A stretch of DNA of 64,000 bases from Eledone cirrhosa (taxonomy: Eukaryota), in contig OZ024748.1 in the NCBI GenBank assembly GCA_964016885.1, forward strand, positions 20,274,001 to 20,338,000, read 5' to 3'. Position numbers and translations under genes: made by a program. The notes under the pieces are model-generated. The model saw nothing but the letters and a program-made list of their open reading frames with translations. It did not search any database and was not told where the DNA came from. Positions 14,566 through 28,604 of the stretch are shown piece by piece (positions within the stretch are counted from its first letter, which is position 1; each line of letters opens with the position of its first letter).

Positions 14566-14930
14566 ACATGGACTCTTCCAACTGGTTGACATAATATGGA
14601 CTCTTCCAATTGGTTGACATGGACTCTTCCAGATGGTTAACATGAACACTTCCAAACGGCTAACATGGACCCTTTCAACTGGTTGACATGGACTCTTCCA
14701 GATGGTTAACATGAACACTTCCAAACGGCTAACATGAACCCTTTCAACTGGTTGACATGGACTCTTCCAGATGGTTAACATGAACACTTCCAAACGGCTA
14801 ACATGAACCCTTTCAACTGGTTGACATGGACTCTTCCAGATGGTTAACATGAACACTTCCAAACGGCTAACATGGACCCTTTCAACTGGTTGACATGGAC
14901 TCTTCCAGATGGTTAACATGGACTCTTCCA
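14566..14930. repeat. 69-bp repeat built from three 23-bp variants
   Basis: ACATGGACTCTTCCA-type monomers in a fixed trimer. Confidence 0.9.
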
Positions 14931-15759
14931 AAATGTAATTGTTTCAGTTTCAACAGTCTCAGACAAAACAATTTGCCAATCAAGTATAACTACAAGATAA
15001 TCAATAATACTCCCCCTCCACACACACATACATACACATGCATACATACACACACATAGATAATAGCTATCCCTCCCAACCCTACACTGCTGCTTCACAC
15101 ACACATACTATCACCACACACACACACACACTATCACTGCACACACACACACATATTACTACCACTAACATCACCCTCCACAAACACACACACTAACCCT
15201 GTACACACACACACACACATATTACTACCACTAACATCACCCTCCACAAATACACACACTAACCCTGTACACACACATTCACACATATTACTACCACTAC
15301 CATCACCCTCCACACACACACACACATACTATCACGACACACACACACACATATTACCACCACTACCATCCCCCCCACACCACTTCTGACACATACACTG
15401 CACTGCTGCTTCAAACACACACACTACACCACACACAAACACGCCCTACACACACAACAATAAGGGGTAAATATATATTGTCAGATCAACAAATGTAAAC
15501 TACAATTTGATAGATCAAGCTGACCTTCCATTGCACTTCCCTAAACTAAGAAGACCAACAAAAAGTATGATAAATAAACCCCATACATTATTTATTTATT
15601 ATGGCCATCTAACCTTTACACAGGAGAGCTACTGGCTGTCAAGTGATTTCAGTGTCAAATTGTTAGATGAAGGATCAATTATTCACTGAACCACAAACCA
15701 ACACAGCAAACACAGCAAGCTCAATAGAACAGCTAACTTAACAGACCATATAGCTAGCA

Positions 15760-15840
<81 letters not shown>

Positions 15841-16099
15841 TAATAAGGGTTTAGATCGATATCCATTGATATATATATATATATACACAGAGAGAGAGGG
15901 AGTAGATATTCAAATAAAGCTATGCTATAGATAGATAAAGCTATATATATTATATATATATAAAACAGTTAAGCCACCATTAACACACACAGAAAGCAAG
16001 CTCAACGTAACTGCTAAATCATACTCAAAGTAATTTCCATCTGTCTTTCAAATGGGAAGTATGTATCTGAGGTCAACATGACAAACTATACAACATAAC

Positions 16100-16990
16100 T
16101 TAGAATTGTAGTTCAAAACAGGTTCAGTCACTACTGAGATGCTGTTATGTCATAAACCTATTTAAAACTGTGATTCAAGAAAAATATGTTCAGTCATAGC
16201 TGTGATGTTGTGATGTCATAAACCTATTTAAAACTGTGATTCAAGAAAAATATGTTCAGTCATAGCTGTGATGCTCTGATGTCATAAACCTATTTAAAAC
16301 TGTGACTCAAGAAAAATAACATCAGTCATACCTGTGATGTCATAAACCTATTTAAAAGTGTGACTCAAGAAAAATATGTTCAGTCATAAATCTATTTAAA
16401 ATCATAATTCAAGAAAATATATTCAGTCACTGCTGAGATATTGTGATGTCATAAACCTATTTAAAACTGGGATTCAAGAAAAATATGTCCAGTCATAGCT
16501 ATGATGCTGTTATGTCATAAACCTATTTAAAACTGGGATTCAAGAAAAATATGTTCAGTCATAATTGTGATTCTGTGATGTCAAGCCTATTTAAAACTGT
16601 GATTCAAGAAAAATATGATCAGTCATAGCTGTGATATCACAAACCTATTTAAAACTTTCACTCAAAAAAATATGATTAGTCACAGCTATGATGCTGTGAT
16701 GTTCTAAACCTATTTAAATCTGTGACTAAAGAAAAATATGTTCAGTCATAGGTGTGATGCTGTGATATTATAAACCTATTTAACACTGTGACTCAAGTAA
16801 AATATGTTCAGTCATAGCTGTGGTGATGTGATGTCATAAATCTATTTAAAATCACAATTCAAGAAAATATATTCAGTCACTGCTGAGATATTGTGATGTC
16901 ATAAACCTATTTAAAACTGGAATTCAAGAAAAGTATGATTAGTCATAGCTGAGGTATCAGAAGTCCATTAAGATGTGGTCATTCAAGAAT
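16100..16990. repeat. ~66-bp minisatellite
   Basis: CATAAACCTATTTAAAACTGTGATTCAAGAAAAATATG at 16151, 16217, 16283 and onward. Confidence 0.9.
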
Positions 16991-17127
16991 GTAAGTTTCT
17001 TTTGTATTATCATTAAGCCTCAACTAATTTCAAAACCATAGCTAGTGTCTTTCATTTGAAATAAGTTAAGGGTTATATATACCATCTCGCTCTCTCTCTC
17101 TGAGAAGCATTATGAAGGGTTCTATAA

Positions 17128-17314
17128 GGCGGTGGATTGGCAGTATCGGTAGAGGGTCGGACGCCATGCTTTCCAGCATAGTTACGTCCCTTTACGATCT
17201 GAGTTCAAATCCCGCCGACGTTGACTTTGCCTTTCATCCTTACGGGGTCGATAAAATAAAGTACCAGTAATGCACTGGGGAATTGCTGGCCTTGTGCCTA
17301 AAGTAGAAACAATT
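17128..17314 (+). mobile_element. Short SINE with Deu/Nin-like central domain, full length with TSD (other copies about 14180, 18101, 27140, 34205, 38220, 41342, 41986, 42811-43170 dimer, 57594)
   Basis: GAGTTCAAATCCC B box, GCCTTTCATCCTTACGGGGTCGATAAAATAAAGTACC domain, 16-bp TSD ATTATGAAGGGTTCTA at 17109-17124 and 17312-17327. Confidence 0.88.
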
Positions 17315-17978
17315 ATGAAGGGTTCTACATTAAACTTTTCTTATTCACAACAAAAGAATTTATTCCACTTAGTAAGGTTTCTGTCAGTGCTGTGCTGTGT
17401 ATATCCAGTTTAGAATAGGTAGACTGTATCACTTTGTGCAATAAAAGTAGTTTAAAAGGTTGGCATCAGGAAGGGTATCTGGCTGTAAAACATTGCCTCA
17501 GAGAGGATCCTATGATAAGTATGAGCCCTATCATGGAGACCACAAGGCTAACCCCTGTTTTGTCCAGGAAAATGGCCTTAAAACTCTTTTAGCTATTGTC
17601 TGTTGTTGTAAACTTTGTGAAGTTTATGGCAATCTTCCCTGCTCATCATTATCCTCATTTTCATCATCATTTTACATCCACTTTTCCTTGCTTGCAGTAA
17701 TAGGGAATCGAGCAACAAGATCCCAGACCTAATTCACTTTCCGAGTAGAGTGGACCTCGTCAGATCAAACCAATGAAACAATGTTTCCTTTGGTTTTTCC
17801 ATCACTATCTGCTGGTTGCAGCTCATGCTCAGTATTACATTAGTTAAAAGTGTGTCTTCATTATAAAATCTAAGCTATTTAGTCGGAATTTTCTAATACA
17901 CTTATCTAAGTACTTCACTCTTGAATTATAAGTGAAAGGAAGCTTAACAAAGTCTATTATTAAAATATAGAATCTTAT

Positions 17979-18421
17979 CTCTGTACTGAGATTCAAGATA
18001 TTTGTATTTAGTTTTCCAATACATACATTTGTTAACAAGACCTTCTTCACCCCTTTCATCTCCATCACTCTGCTTTAAACTTTACATTAGTTAATATTTT
18101 AATAATTGTTTCTACTTTTTGGCACAAGGCCAGCAATTGCCCAGTGCATTACTGGTACTTTATTTTATCGACCTCGTAAGGATGAAAGGCAAAGTTAACC
18201 TCAGCGGGATTAACTTTGCCTTACGAGGTCGATAAAATAAAGTACCAGTAATGCACTGAGTAATTGCTGGCCTTGTGCCAAAAAGTAGAAACAATTATTA
18301 AAATATTAAATAATGTAAAGTTTAAAGCAGAGTGATGGAGATGAAAGGGGTGAAGAAGGTCTTGTTAACAAATGTATGTATTGGAAAACTAAATACAAAT
18401 ATCTTGAATCTCAGTACAGAG
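17979..18421. repeat. Near-perfect inverted repeat, ~215-bp arms
   Basis: Arms 17979-18198 and 18210-18421. Confidence 0.92.
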
Positions 18422-18549
18422 TTAAAATATTGAGTGAATTATTATACACACACACACTCTGCCCCCCTCTCTCTCTGATCCACACACACACTCACTCTCT
18501 CTCACACACACACACACAATCTTTTTCTCTCTTTCTCATATACATTCAC

Positions 18550-18582
<33 letters not shown>

Positions 18583-18674
18583 TTTTCTCTCTCTTACACA
18601 CACACAGTCAGACAAGTCAGACACACACACACACACACTCAGTCAGACACACACACACTCTCTCTCCCTCACTC

Positions 18675-18736
<62 letters not shown>

Positions 18737-18947
18737 AAACACACACACAGTCAGATTTGAAAGCTGAAAGTTGAGAAAATAAATCTCTAGAAAACCATAG
18801 ACATATATAATAGAAGAAGCCCCGATAGAGAGGTATCATCATCATCACCAAATATAATATTGAAATTATTCCTCATTAGGCTTCCATTAGTTCTTTCTTT
18901 CTTTTGTTGTATTTGTGTTATTGAGGAGGAGGAGGATGGGGGGGGGA

Positions 18948-19181
18948 GAAGAAGAAGAAGAAGAAGAAGAAGAAGAAGAAGAAGAAGAAGAAGAAGAAGA
19001 AGAAGAAAAAGAAAAAGAAAAAGAAGAAGTGGAAGTAGAAGAAAAATAAAAATAAAAAGAAGAAGAAGAAGAAGAAGAAGAAGAAGAAGAAAAAAAGAAG
19101 AAGAAGAAGAAGAAGAAGAAGAAGAAGAAGAAGAAGAAGAAAAAGAAGAAGAAGAAGAAGAAGAAGAAGAAGAAGAAGAAG

Positions 19182-19212
<31 letters not shown>

Positions 19213-19360
19213 GGAAGTAGAAGAAAAATAAAAAGAAGAAGAAGAAGAAGAAGAAGAAGAAGAAGAAGAAGAAGAAGACTTCTAAACATTTTCCCCTATG
19301 GTGGTAGTGGTAAAGATAATAATGGTGGTGAAGGAAGAAGAAGAAGAAGAAGAAGAAGAC
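18948..19360. repeat. (GAA)n microsatellite block
   Basis: Direct inspection. Confidence 0.95.
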
Positions 19361-19510
19361 ATGAGAACTGAGCACAGAAGATAATCAACAGCTGCTTCTA
19401 ATGCCTGCCCTTAAAACATCCACACAAATATATGTATATACATATCATCACCACATATATATATATATAAATTTATATATGCATATATATGTATGTATAA
19501 ATACATATAC

Positions 19511-19550
<40 letters not shown>

Positions 19551-20544
19551 GTATATATACATTTATAATATATATATATGTATGTATACATTTATAATAT
19601 ATATACATATATATATGTATCTATATATACACACACATACTGTATATATATATATATCCCTCTTAGTGTGTCTCAAACAGGGCAGCATATGTCAAATTAA
19701 TAGAAAACACTAGAAATTGTCTGTCTATTGTAAAATAAAAATACTATAGCTACATAGCCACTTGTACTTCTGTTTCTCTTTTATTGAAATAAAATTTGTT
19801 TATTTTACCCAAAATAGAGTTAATTTCATATTGCTAGTCACACTAACAAGAGAAGACATTACTACACTACCACCTTAAGCCTTTTATTTCTATATTGATA
19901 GGGAAAGACATGCTTAAATCATTTTGAAAGGCATTCAAGAATTTGGAGGAAATTAGTGATGTAGTAACTAACTTTCTCACTGTTTAACTCTCTAGCATTT
20001 ACATTACTCTATATATACCCGTCCCACCCTTGCAAGCAGGGAAAAGCGGACGTAAAATGATGATGATGATGATGATGATGATGATATGCTATTGTATTTT
20101 CGTAGTAAAGGTTTTATCTCACATAATATCAAATCTATGAGATTTTGATATTATTTATTTTGAGAACAATACCTTAAGATTGGTATGAACAGCCGATTAT
20201 GGTGGGTTTGAACAGAATGGGGTGAGAGAATTCTGGCCGGATATGGCTGGTTTAAATGTTAAAGCCTTTTATCTCAATATTGCTAGGGAGTGACACTGTC
20301 TAAGATGCTTAAATCATTTTGAAAAGCAATCAAGAATTTGGGGGAAATTTGTAAGGTAACTAACTTTCTCTCTGTTTAACTGGTTTTTTGGAATATAACT
20401 TAACAAAGGTTCTTATATAAAATTATGATGGGAAGTTTTTAGATAATATATACAATTTAACCCTTTCATTACTTTGTATCTGGAGCATAACATAAAGTTT
20501 ATAACATAATATGATAGAAGGATTTTAGAAATAAAAACGATAGC

Positions 20545-21255
20545 CGTTTCATCACCATATTCCTAATGAAAGACACTACCTATGTCATTAACCCTTTCAT
20601 TACCATATTCCTAATGAAAGACACTGTCTATGTCATTAACCCTTTCATTATCATATTCCTAATGAAAGACACTACCTATGTCATTAACCCTTTCATTACC
20701 ATATTCCTAATGAAAGACACTACCTATGTCATTAACCCTTTCATTACCATATTCCTAATGAAAGACACTACCTATGTCATTAACCCTTTCATTACCATAT
20801 TCCTAATGAAAGACACTGTCTATGTCATTAACCCTTTCATTATCATATTTCTAATGAAAGACACTGTCTATGTCATTAACCCTTTCATTACCATATTCCT
20901 AATGAAAGACACTGTCTATGTCATTAACCCTTTCATTACCATATTCCTAATGAAAGACACTGTCTATGTCATTAACCCTTTCATTACCATATTCCTAATG
21001 AAAGACACTGTCTATGTCATTAACCCTTTCATTATCATATTTCTAATGAAAGACACTACCTATGTCATTAACCCTTTCATTACCATATTCCTAATGAAAG
21101 ACACTACCTATGTCATTAACCCTTTCATTACCATATTCCTAATGAAAGACACTACCTAAGTCATTAACCCTTTCATTACCATATTTCTAATGAAAGACAC
21201 TGTCTATGTCATTAACCCTCTCATTACCATATTCCTAATGAAAGACACTGTCTAC
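20545..21255. repeat. 48-bp minisatellite, about 14.5 copies
   Basis: Unit ACCATATTCCTAATGAAAGACACTACCTATGTCATTAACCCTTTCATT. Confidence 0.95.
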
Positions 21256-21495
21256 GGTTTTCAAATAATTTTGAAAATAATAAAAAATTTAGGGGGATTT
21301 AGTAGTATAAGTAACTTTCTCATTATCTAACTGGTGTTTGGAACATAACTAAAGAAAGGCTTTATATAAAAATTATGATAGGAGGTTTTTAGATAAACAC
21401 CAAGTCTACACCTTCCATGACATTCTTACTTCGACACCATCTATGGTCTGCATATATTTATGTATGTATATGTGTGTGTGAGTGAGTGGTGTATA

Positions 21496-21535
<40 letters not shown>

Positions 21536-22640
21536 AAAATCGATATATTTGATATGTCGCTGGCAGGAAAACCCACATCCTAATGCCTGTGCGCCCAGCA
21601 TACATATGAGTTCCTTGAAGGGTTTGCCAGCCGTCGCATTTATATATATATCATCATCATAATTATCATCATCATTTAACGTCTATCATACACGCTAGCA
21701 TGGGTTAGACGGGAGTTGTCCCACTTGAGGCAAGATTGGTCGGGTGACCATGTCTCGCTCATATAGGACTATCTGGCAGGTTTTCTACAGGTGGATGCCC
21801 TTCCTAACACCAACCACATTTACAGTATGGACTGGGAACTTTTTACCGTGTTACCTACATGATCACATTACAACGTGGACTGTGTGTTTTTTTGTCATGA
21901 CACTGACACCAACACGATCTCATTAGTTTGGACTGGATGTTGTGGTACCAACATAACTTTATAGAGAAAGGGTGGTGTTGATGGGAGTGGATATATATAT
22001 ATATATGTATGTATGTATGTAAGGTGTTATCATATCCCACATGGGTAAAAATATTAGAAAAAGAAGTTGGAATTGCAATTGGAGACATCAAAACAAATTT
22101 ATTAATAATAACTCAACCAGTTTCACATTTGGATGATTTTCAAAAGTTAAGTGAGGTGGATAGATGTGTGACTATACCGTTCTGTGTCTCGCATGTGGTG
22201 ATATATTTCTACACATAGCCACACATTTATCACCACATAGCCACACATTTATCCATCTCAATTAAATTTTGAAAATCATCCAAACGTAAAACCGGTTAAG
22301 TTATTATTAATAAATTTTCTTAAAAACTCCAGTTGCAGTTTCAACTTTTTTCCCTATATATATACACACTATATATATATATATATATATATACACACTA
22401 TATATATATATATTTATATATATACATACACAACATATACCCTATTTCCACAACACCCTTCCACTCTCTTCTCTCATTATCAAGTTACTATGTCTCACCT
22501 CACAGATTTACACAAGACACATTGTTCAAGTGTTTCCTTCCCACAACTGCAGCTTTCTACATCACACAGACACACACATGCATACACACACACAGATATA
22601 GACACAGAAAAATTACATGTATACACACATACCACATATA

Positions 22641-22673
<33 letters not shown>

Positions 22674-22704
22674 TACATATATATACATAAATATATATAT
22701 ATAT

Positions 22705-22761
<57 letters not shown>

Positions 22762-22961
22762 GCACCCCTCATACATCTACACACAGGCACACACACATAT
22801 ATATATATATACATGCACCGCCCCATACACATACCCCCCCCATACACACACGCACACACATATATATATATATATATATAGATGCGCCCCTCATATATAT
22901 ATACACACAGGCACACATTTATATACATGCACCGCCCCATACACAGACCCCCCCCAACCAT

Positions 22962-23004
<43 letters not shown>

Positions 23005-23194
23005 GATGCGCCCCTCATATATATACACATATATATATATATACCCACACATACACCATTCCACGCCCCTGTTCATCCCGCAGATGTTCAAACTCAGCCA
23101 TCAACCACATCAATCTCATTAGGGTGTAAGGGTCTAGAAATGTTATGGCTACAGAGCTCACTCTTTCTCTTTTTTTTTCTCCCTCACCCTCACA

Positions 23195-23311
<117 letters not shown>

Positions 23312-23392
23312 CCCTTGCAAGCAGGGAAAAAGCAGACGTAAAATGAAATGAAAACGAAATGAATATATATATATATATATATATATATAATG

Positions 23393-23432
<40 letters not shown>

Positions 23433-23504
23433 ATGCATATGGGGTCATGTTTATCTATCTATCTATCTATCTGTTTATCTGTCTGTCTGTCTATCTATTT
23501 ATCT

Positions 23505-24797
23505 GTTTTTATGAAAGGTGGGTGAAAGTGGTGAGAATTGCCCGAGTGAATGGGCCTTCTCTCTATATCAGCCTGTAGGTTGAGGAAAAAGAGGAAGAGA
23601 GGAAAGGGGTACAAACTCTTCGTACTCCTGGAGATGAGGGTTGCACATTTTTTTCGGGGGTATGTGTTACCCAAATGAACTGTCTCCCCCTATTAGGGAA
23701 AATCGACTAATTTTTTAAATTGCATTTGTGATAATATTTTACATGTTTTTATTGTATGTAAACTTCCCCCTTTGTATTTGTCCCCTTCTTTTGTGCCCCT
23801 GTGGCTAATAAAGAAACATATCTATCTATCTGTTTATGTCTGCTTATCTATCTATCTAACTAGCTATGGCGAAAGAGGTTGTATGCTGGACGAGGTTAAA
23901 AGGGCTGAGGTCAGACACCTTTCTCTTCGGCCAACAACTGATTCTTTTTTTCAAATACCACTTTGGAAGAAGACCCAGCAAGTTTTATGAAAGGTGGGTG
24001 AAAGTGGCGAGAATGGCCCGAGTGAATGGGCCTTCTCTCTATATAAGCCTGTAGATGAGAGAGGAGGAGAAGGAGGAGAGGTAGGGAGCACCCGCTCTTT
24101 GTGCTCCTGAGGTGGAGGGTCACACATTTTTTCGGGGGTCTGTGCGACCCACGTCAACACCCCCTCCCTATTGAGGACTTCGATTGTTGAATTTTATTTG
24201 TTAAAATTCCAACCTTACACACTTACACCTCTCTAAGACAATGTCACTGGACCGAGATCTTTGGCGCTACGCAGTAATACAGAAGACCCGCCTTGCCTAT
24301 GTACAAAGTGATACCTACAGTCAGTAGGCACCTCTTAACCAAATATACACCACAATCCACTACCCCTACCCTATCCTCCCACTCCCACCAACACCACCCT
24401 CTCTCTGTAAAGTTGGTACCACAACATCCAGTCCAAATAAATGAGATAATGAGATCGAGTAGGTGTCACAACAAAAAAACACACAGTCCACGCTGTAATG
24501 TGGTCGTGTAGGTAACACGGTAAAAAGTTCCCAGTTCCACACTGTAAATGTGGTTGGTGTTAGGAAGGGCATCCAGCCGTAGAATACCTGCCAGATAGTT
24601 CTATGTGAGCGAGACACGGTCACCCGACCAACTTTTCCTCAAGCGGGACAACTCCCGTCTAACCCATGCTAACGTGGAAAATGGACGTTAAACGAAGATG
24701 ATGATGATGATGATACGTCCTTTAAATATATGTAAACTCCCCCCCCCTCCTTGTATTTGTCCCAATCTTTTATGCCCTGGTGGCAAATAAATAGAAA
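23505..24797 (+). mobile_element. Two Tx1/L1-clade LINE 3' fragments (23505-23817 and 23862-24797); a third at about 37990-38185
   Basis: MAKEVVCWTRLKGLRSDTF...FYERWVKVARMARVNGPSL C-terminus, 3' UTR with AATAAA, flanked by (TATC)n. Confidence 0.6.
24213..24714 (+). mobile_element. RTE LINE 3' end nested in a Tx1 fragment
   Basis: Reverse-complement match to 342-830. Confidence 0.8.
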
Positions 24798-24904
24798 GTT
24801 ATCTATCTATCCCCCTATCTATCTGTCTATCTATCTTTCTATCGCTATCTCATTCTCTTTATGCCTTTCTCTTTCTCCTCTCTCACGAATAGGAAAAATA
24901 ATTG

Positions 24905-26745
24905 ATATGTGTGTGTGTGGTGTGATATATATGTATGTGTGTGTGTCATATGATATATCTGTATGTGTGTGTGTGGTGTGATATATATGTGTGTGTTGGT
25001 GTGATGTGTGTGTGTGTGTGTGTCATGTGATATATAAATATGTGTGAGTGTGGTGTGCAAATGTGTGGGTGTGGTGTGATATTCATATATGTGTGTGTGA
25101 AGTGTGATATACATATATGTGTTTGTGTGTGGTGTGATATATATGTGTGTGTGTGTTTGTGTGGTGTGATATATATATGTGTGTGGTGTGATATATATGT
25201 GTGTGTGTTTGTGTGTGGTGTGATATATATATATATGTGTTTGTGTGTGGTATGATATATATATATATGTGTGTTTGTGTGTGGTGTGATATATATATGT
25301 GTGTTTGTGTGGTGTGATATATATATATGTGTGTGGTGTGATATATATATATGTGTGTGGTGTGATATATATATATATGTGTGTGGTGTGATATATATGT
25401 GTGTGTGTTTGTGTGTGGTATGATATATATATATATGTGTGTGTGGTGTGATATATATGTGTGTGTGTTTGTGTGTGGTATGATATATGTGTGTTTGTGT
25501 GTGGTATGATATATATATATATGTGTGTTTGTGTGTGGTATGATATATATATGTGTGTGTGGTGTGTGTATGTGTGGTGTCTGTGTGTGGTGTGAGTATG
25601 TCTGAGAGAATGTGTGTATGTGTGTCATACACATACAGGCATGCATTTCTGTGTGGTGTGTTTATGGTGTTATGATTATGAATGTGCAAATGTCTAAAGT
25701 GTTTATGTATGAGAATGTGTGTATGTGTATGTGTATGTACGTGTGTGTGTGACATGCATATGTGTATGTGCATGTACGTGTGAGTGACATGCATATGTGT
25801 ATGTGCATGTACATGTGTGTGTGACATGCATATGTGTATGTATGTGTGTATGCATATGTGTGTGACATGTGTACATTCTCTACATGCTTCTATATGGGTG
25901 TGACATGTGTATATATGCATGTGTGTTTTGTACATGCTCATGTGTGTGTATATGTGTATGTTGTACATGTATGTCTGTGTATATGTGTATGTTTGTACAT
26001 GCTTATGTGTGTGTTTCATACATGTGTGTGTATGTGTGTGTTTTGTACATGTATATGTGTGTGTGACATGTCTATGTGTGTGTATATGTATGTGTGTATT
26101 TTGTGCGTGGTGTAAGTGTGTGCAACATGTGTGTGTATGTAGTGTGTGCAACATGTGTATGTCTAAATGTGTGCAACATGTGCGCGTGTAAGTGTATGCA
26201 ACATGTGTGTGCATGTGTAAGTGTGGGCAACATGTGTGTGTGTAAGTGTGTACAACATGTGTGTAGTGTAAGTGTGTACAACATTTGTGTGTGTGGAAGT
26301 GTGTACAGCGTGTGTGTGTGTGAAAGTGTATGCAACATGTGTGTGTGTGGAAGTTTATGCAACATGTGTGTGTGTGTGTGAAAGTGTATGCAACATGTGT
26401 GTGTGTAAATGTGTGCAACATGTGTGTGTAAGTGTGGGCAATATGTGTGTGTGTGTGTAAGTGTGTACAACATGTGTGGTGTGTAAGTGTGTGCAACGTG
26501 TGTGTGTGTGCCCTGAAGTGTTTGCAACATATGTATGTGTGTAAGTGTGTACAACATTTGTGTGTGTGTGTGTATACATGTGTTTGTGTGTGTGTGTGTA
26601 CAACATTTGTGTGTGTGTGTGTGTATACATGTGTTTGTGTGTGTGTGTGTACAACATTTGTGTGTGTGTGTGTGTGTATACATGTGTTTGTGTGTGTGTA
26701 CAACATTTGTGTGTGTGTACAACATTTGTGTGTGTAATTGTGTGA
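24905..26745. repeat. Degenerate (TG)/(TA) compound microsatellite
   Basis: Direct inspection. Confidence 0.9.
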
Positions 26746-27841
26746 GCAACAGTTTATTGACCCTGTAATCATTTACTAAACTAGAGTAAAACATTTTAAG
26801 TAAGATGGGCCCCAAAACTCACCATAAACTTACCCCTAAAGATACCCTAGAAACTAGAAACCCCTTCCCCTACTCCTCCACTAGCACCCCACACACACTT
26901 TGTCAGAGATTGTTATCAAGTTGAAAGATAATGCCATGTAATAAAGACTAAGTGAAAATACCAAACAGAAACACAAGTTAGAGAAAGTGGTTTTGATGGG
27001 TGGGTGTGTGTGTGTGTGTTTGATAGGGGAAGCGGGACAGTGAAATTTGAAACCTTAAACTACTGTATACAGCAGAAAGGGAAAGAAGAATTTGTGCAGC
27101 TAGATGTGAGAATGTAAAATATAATCGGCTTATTATATACGGCCCTTTATGGACTGAGTTCAAATCCCGCGGAGGTTAACTTTGCCTTTCATCCATACGG
27201 GGGGTCGATACAATAAAGTACCAGTAATACACTGGTATAATTGCTGACCTTGTGCCAAAAGTAGAAACAATTATATATACATTTATATGAAAAAGTACCC
27301 CGTCCACCCTGTCAGTTGGTCGTTGTGGTGCCATGATAAAAAAAAGTACCCAGTCCCCGCTGTAAATGTGGTTGGTGTTAGGAAGGGCATCAAGCCATAG
27401 AAATCAAACCAGACACAGTTCTGTATGAGCAAAACATGTTCATCTGATATGATTTGTCTCACAATGTCGGGACATTTCCTCTAACCCATGCTCGTGTGGA
27501 AAATGGACATTAAATTTTGATGAGAAATTAAAGAAGATATAGACATATTGAGGAGATAGGGCAGAAACAGAAAGATAATTTTTTTTTAGACAAATATAAC
27601 AGTTCCATTCATGTTGTCATCTCTTAAATATATATTTATTTATAATACATATTCATACAGACAGCAGATGCATATATATATATCATCATCATCATCATCA
27701 TCATCGTTTAACGTCCATGTTCCACGCTTGCATGGGTTTGGACAGGAGTTTTCCCACTTGAGGCAAGAGTGGTTGTCTTGCTCGCATAGGACTGCCTGGC
27801 GGGTTTTCTACAGCTGGATGCCCTTCCTAACACCAACCACA

Positions 27842-27897
<56 letters not shown>

Positions 27898-27926
27898 ATG
27901 ATGATATTATTCATACATGTATACAA

Positions 27927-27957
<31 letters not shown>

Positions 27958-28196
27958 TACACATACAAATATATGTGTGTGTGTGTAGGTATATATATAT
28001 ATATATATATACTTGTAGCTGTCATCATATACATATAATATACATACATACAGACAATACATATATATATTTACATATAATATATATGCATACATACACA
28101 TACAAATATATATATATATATATAATATATATATATATATACACACACACATATATATATATATATAGGTCGATAGATACACATATACATATACAT

Positions 28197-28247
<51 letters not shown>

Positions 28248-28604
28248 CATATATAAACCCATGCTTGTGCGTGGAAGATAGACGTTAAACGATGATGATG
28301 ATGATGATGATGATATATATAGATACACACATACATATACATATATATATATATATGTGTGTGTGTGTGTAGGTATATATAGTAGTAGCTGTCAAAAGTG
28401 GAAAGTGATCAAAGTATTGTTTGTGTGTGAGAGATGAAGAGGTGACATGGGAGATATAGAGTGTTAGAGAGGAGGGATTGCTCAGATAGGAACATCAAAC
28501 GATGGTAAACAAAGAATGTCTCCAGATTTTTAAAGATTAAAATATATATACTTGGATTTCATTTAAATAAGAGAATAAGACTTGAGATTGTTCTGTAGTA
28601 GAAG

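Noticed and set aside
18860-19375. Poly-R/E/F/S ORFs (also 59651-60171)
   Set aside because: (GAA)n and (GAG)n trinucleotide repeats.
20566-21159. 197-aa repetitive ORF
   Set aside because: Translation of a 48-bp minisatellite.
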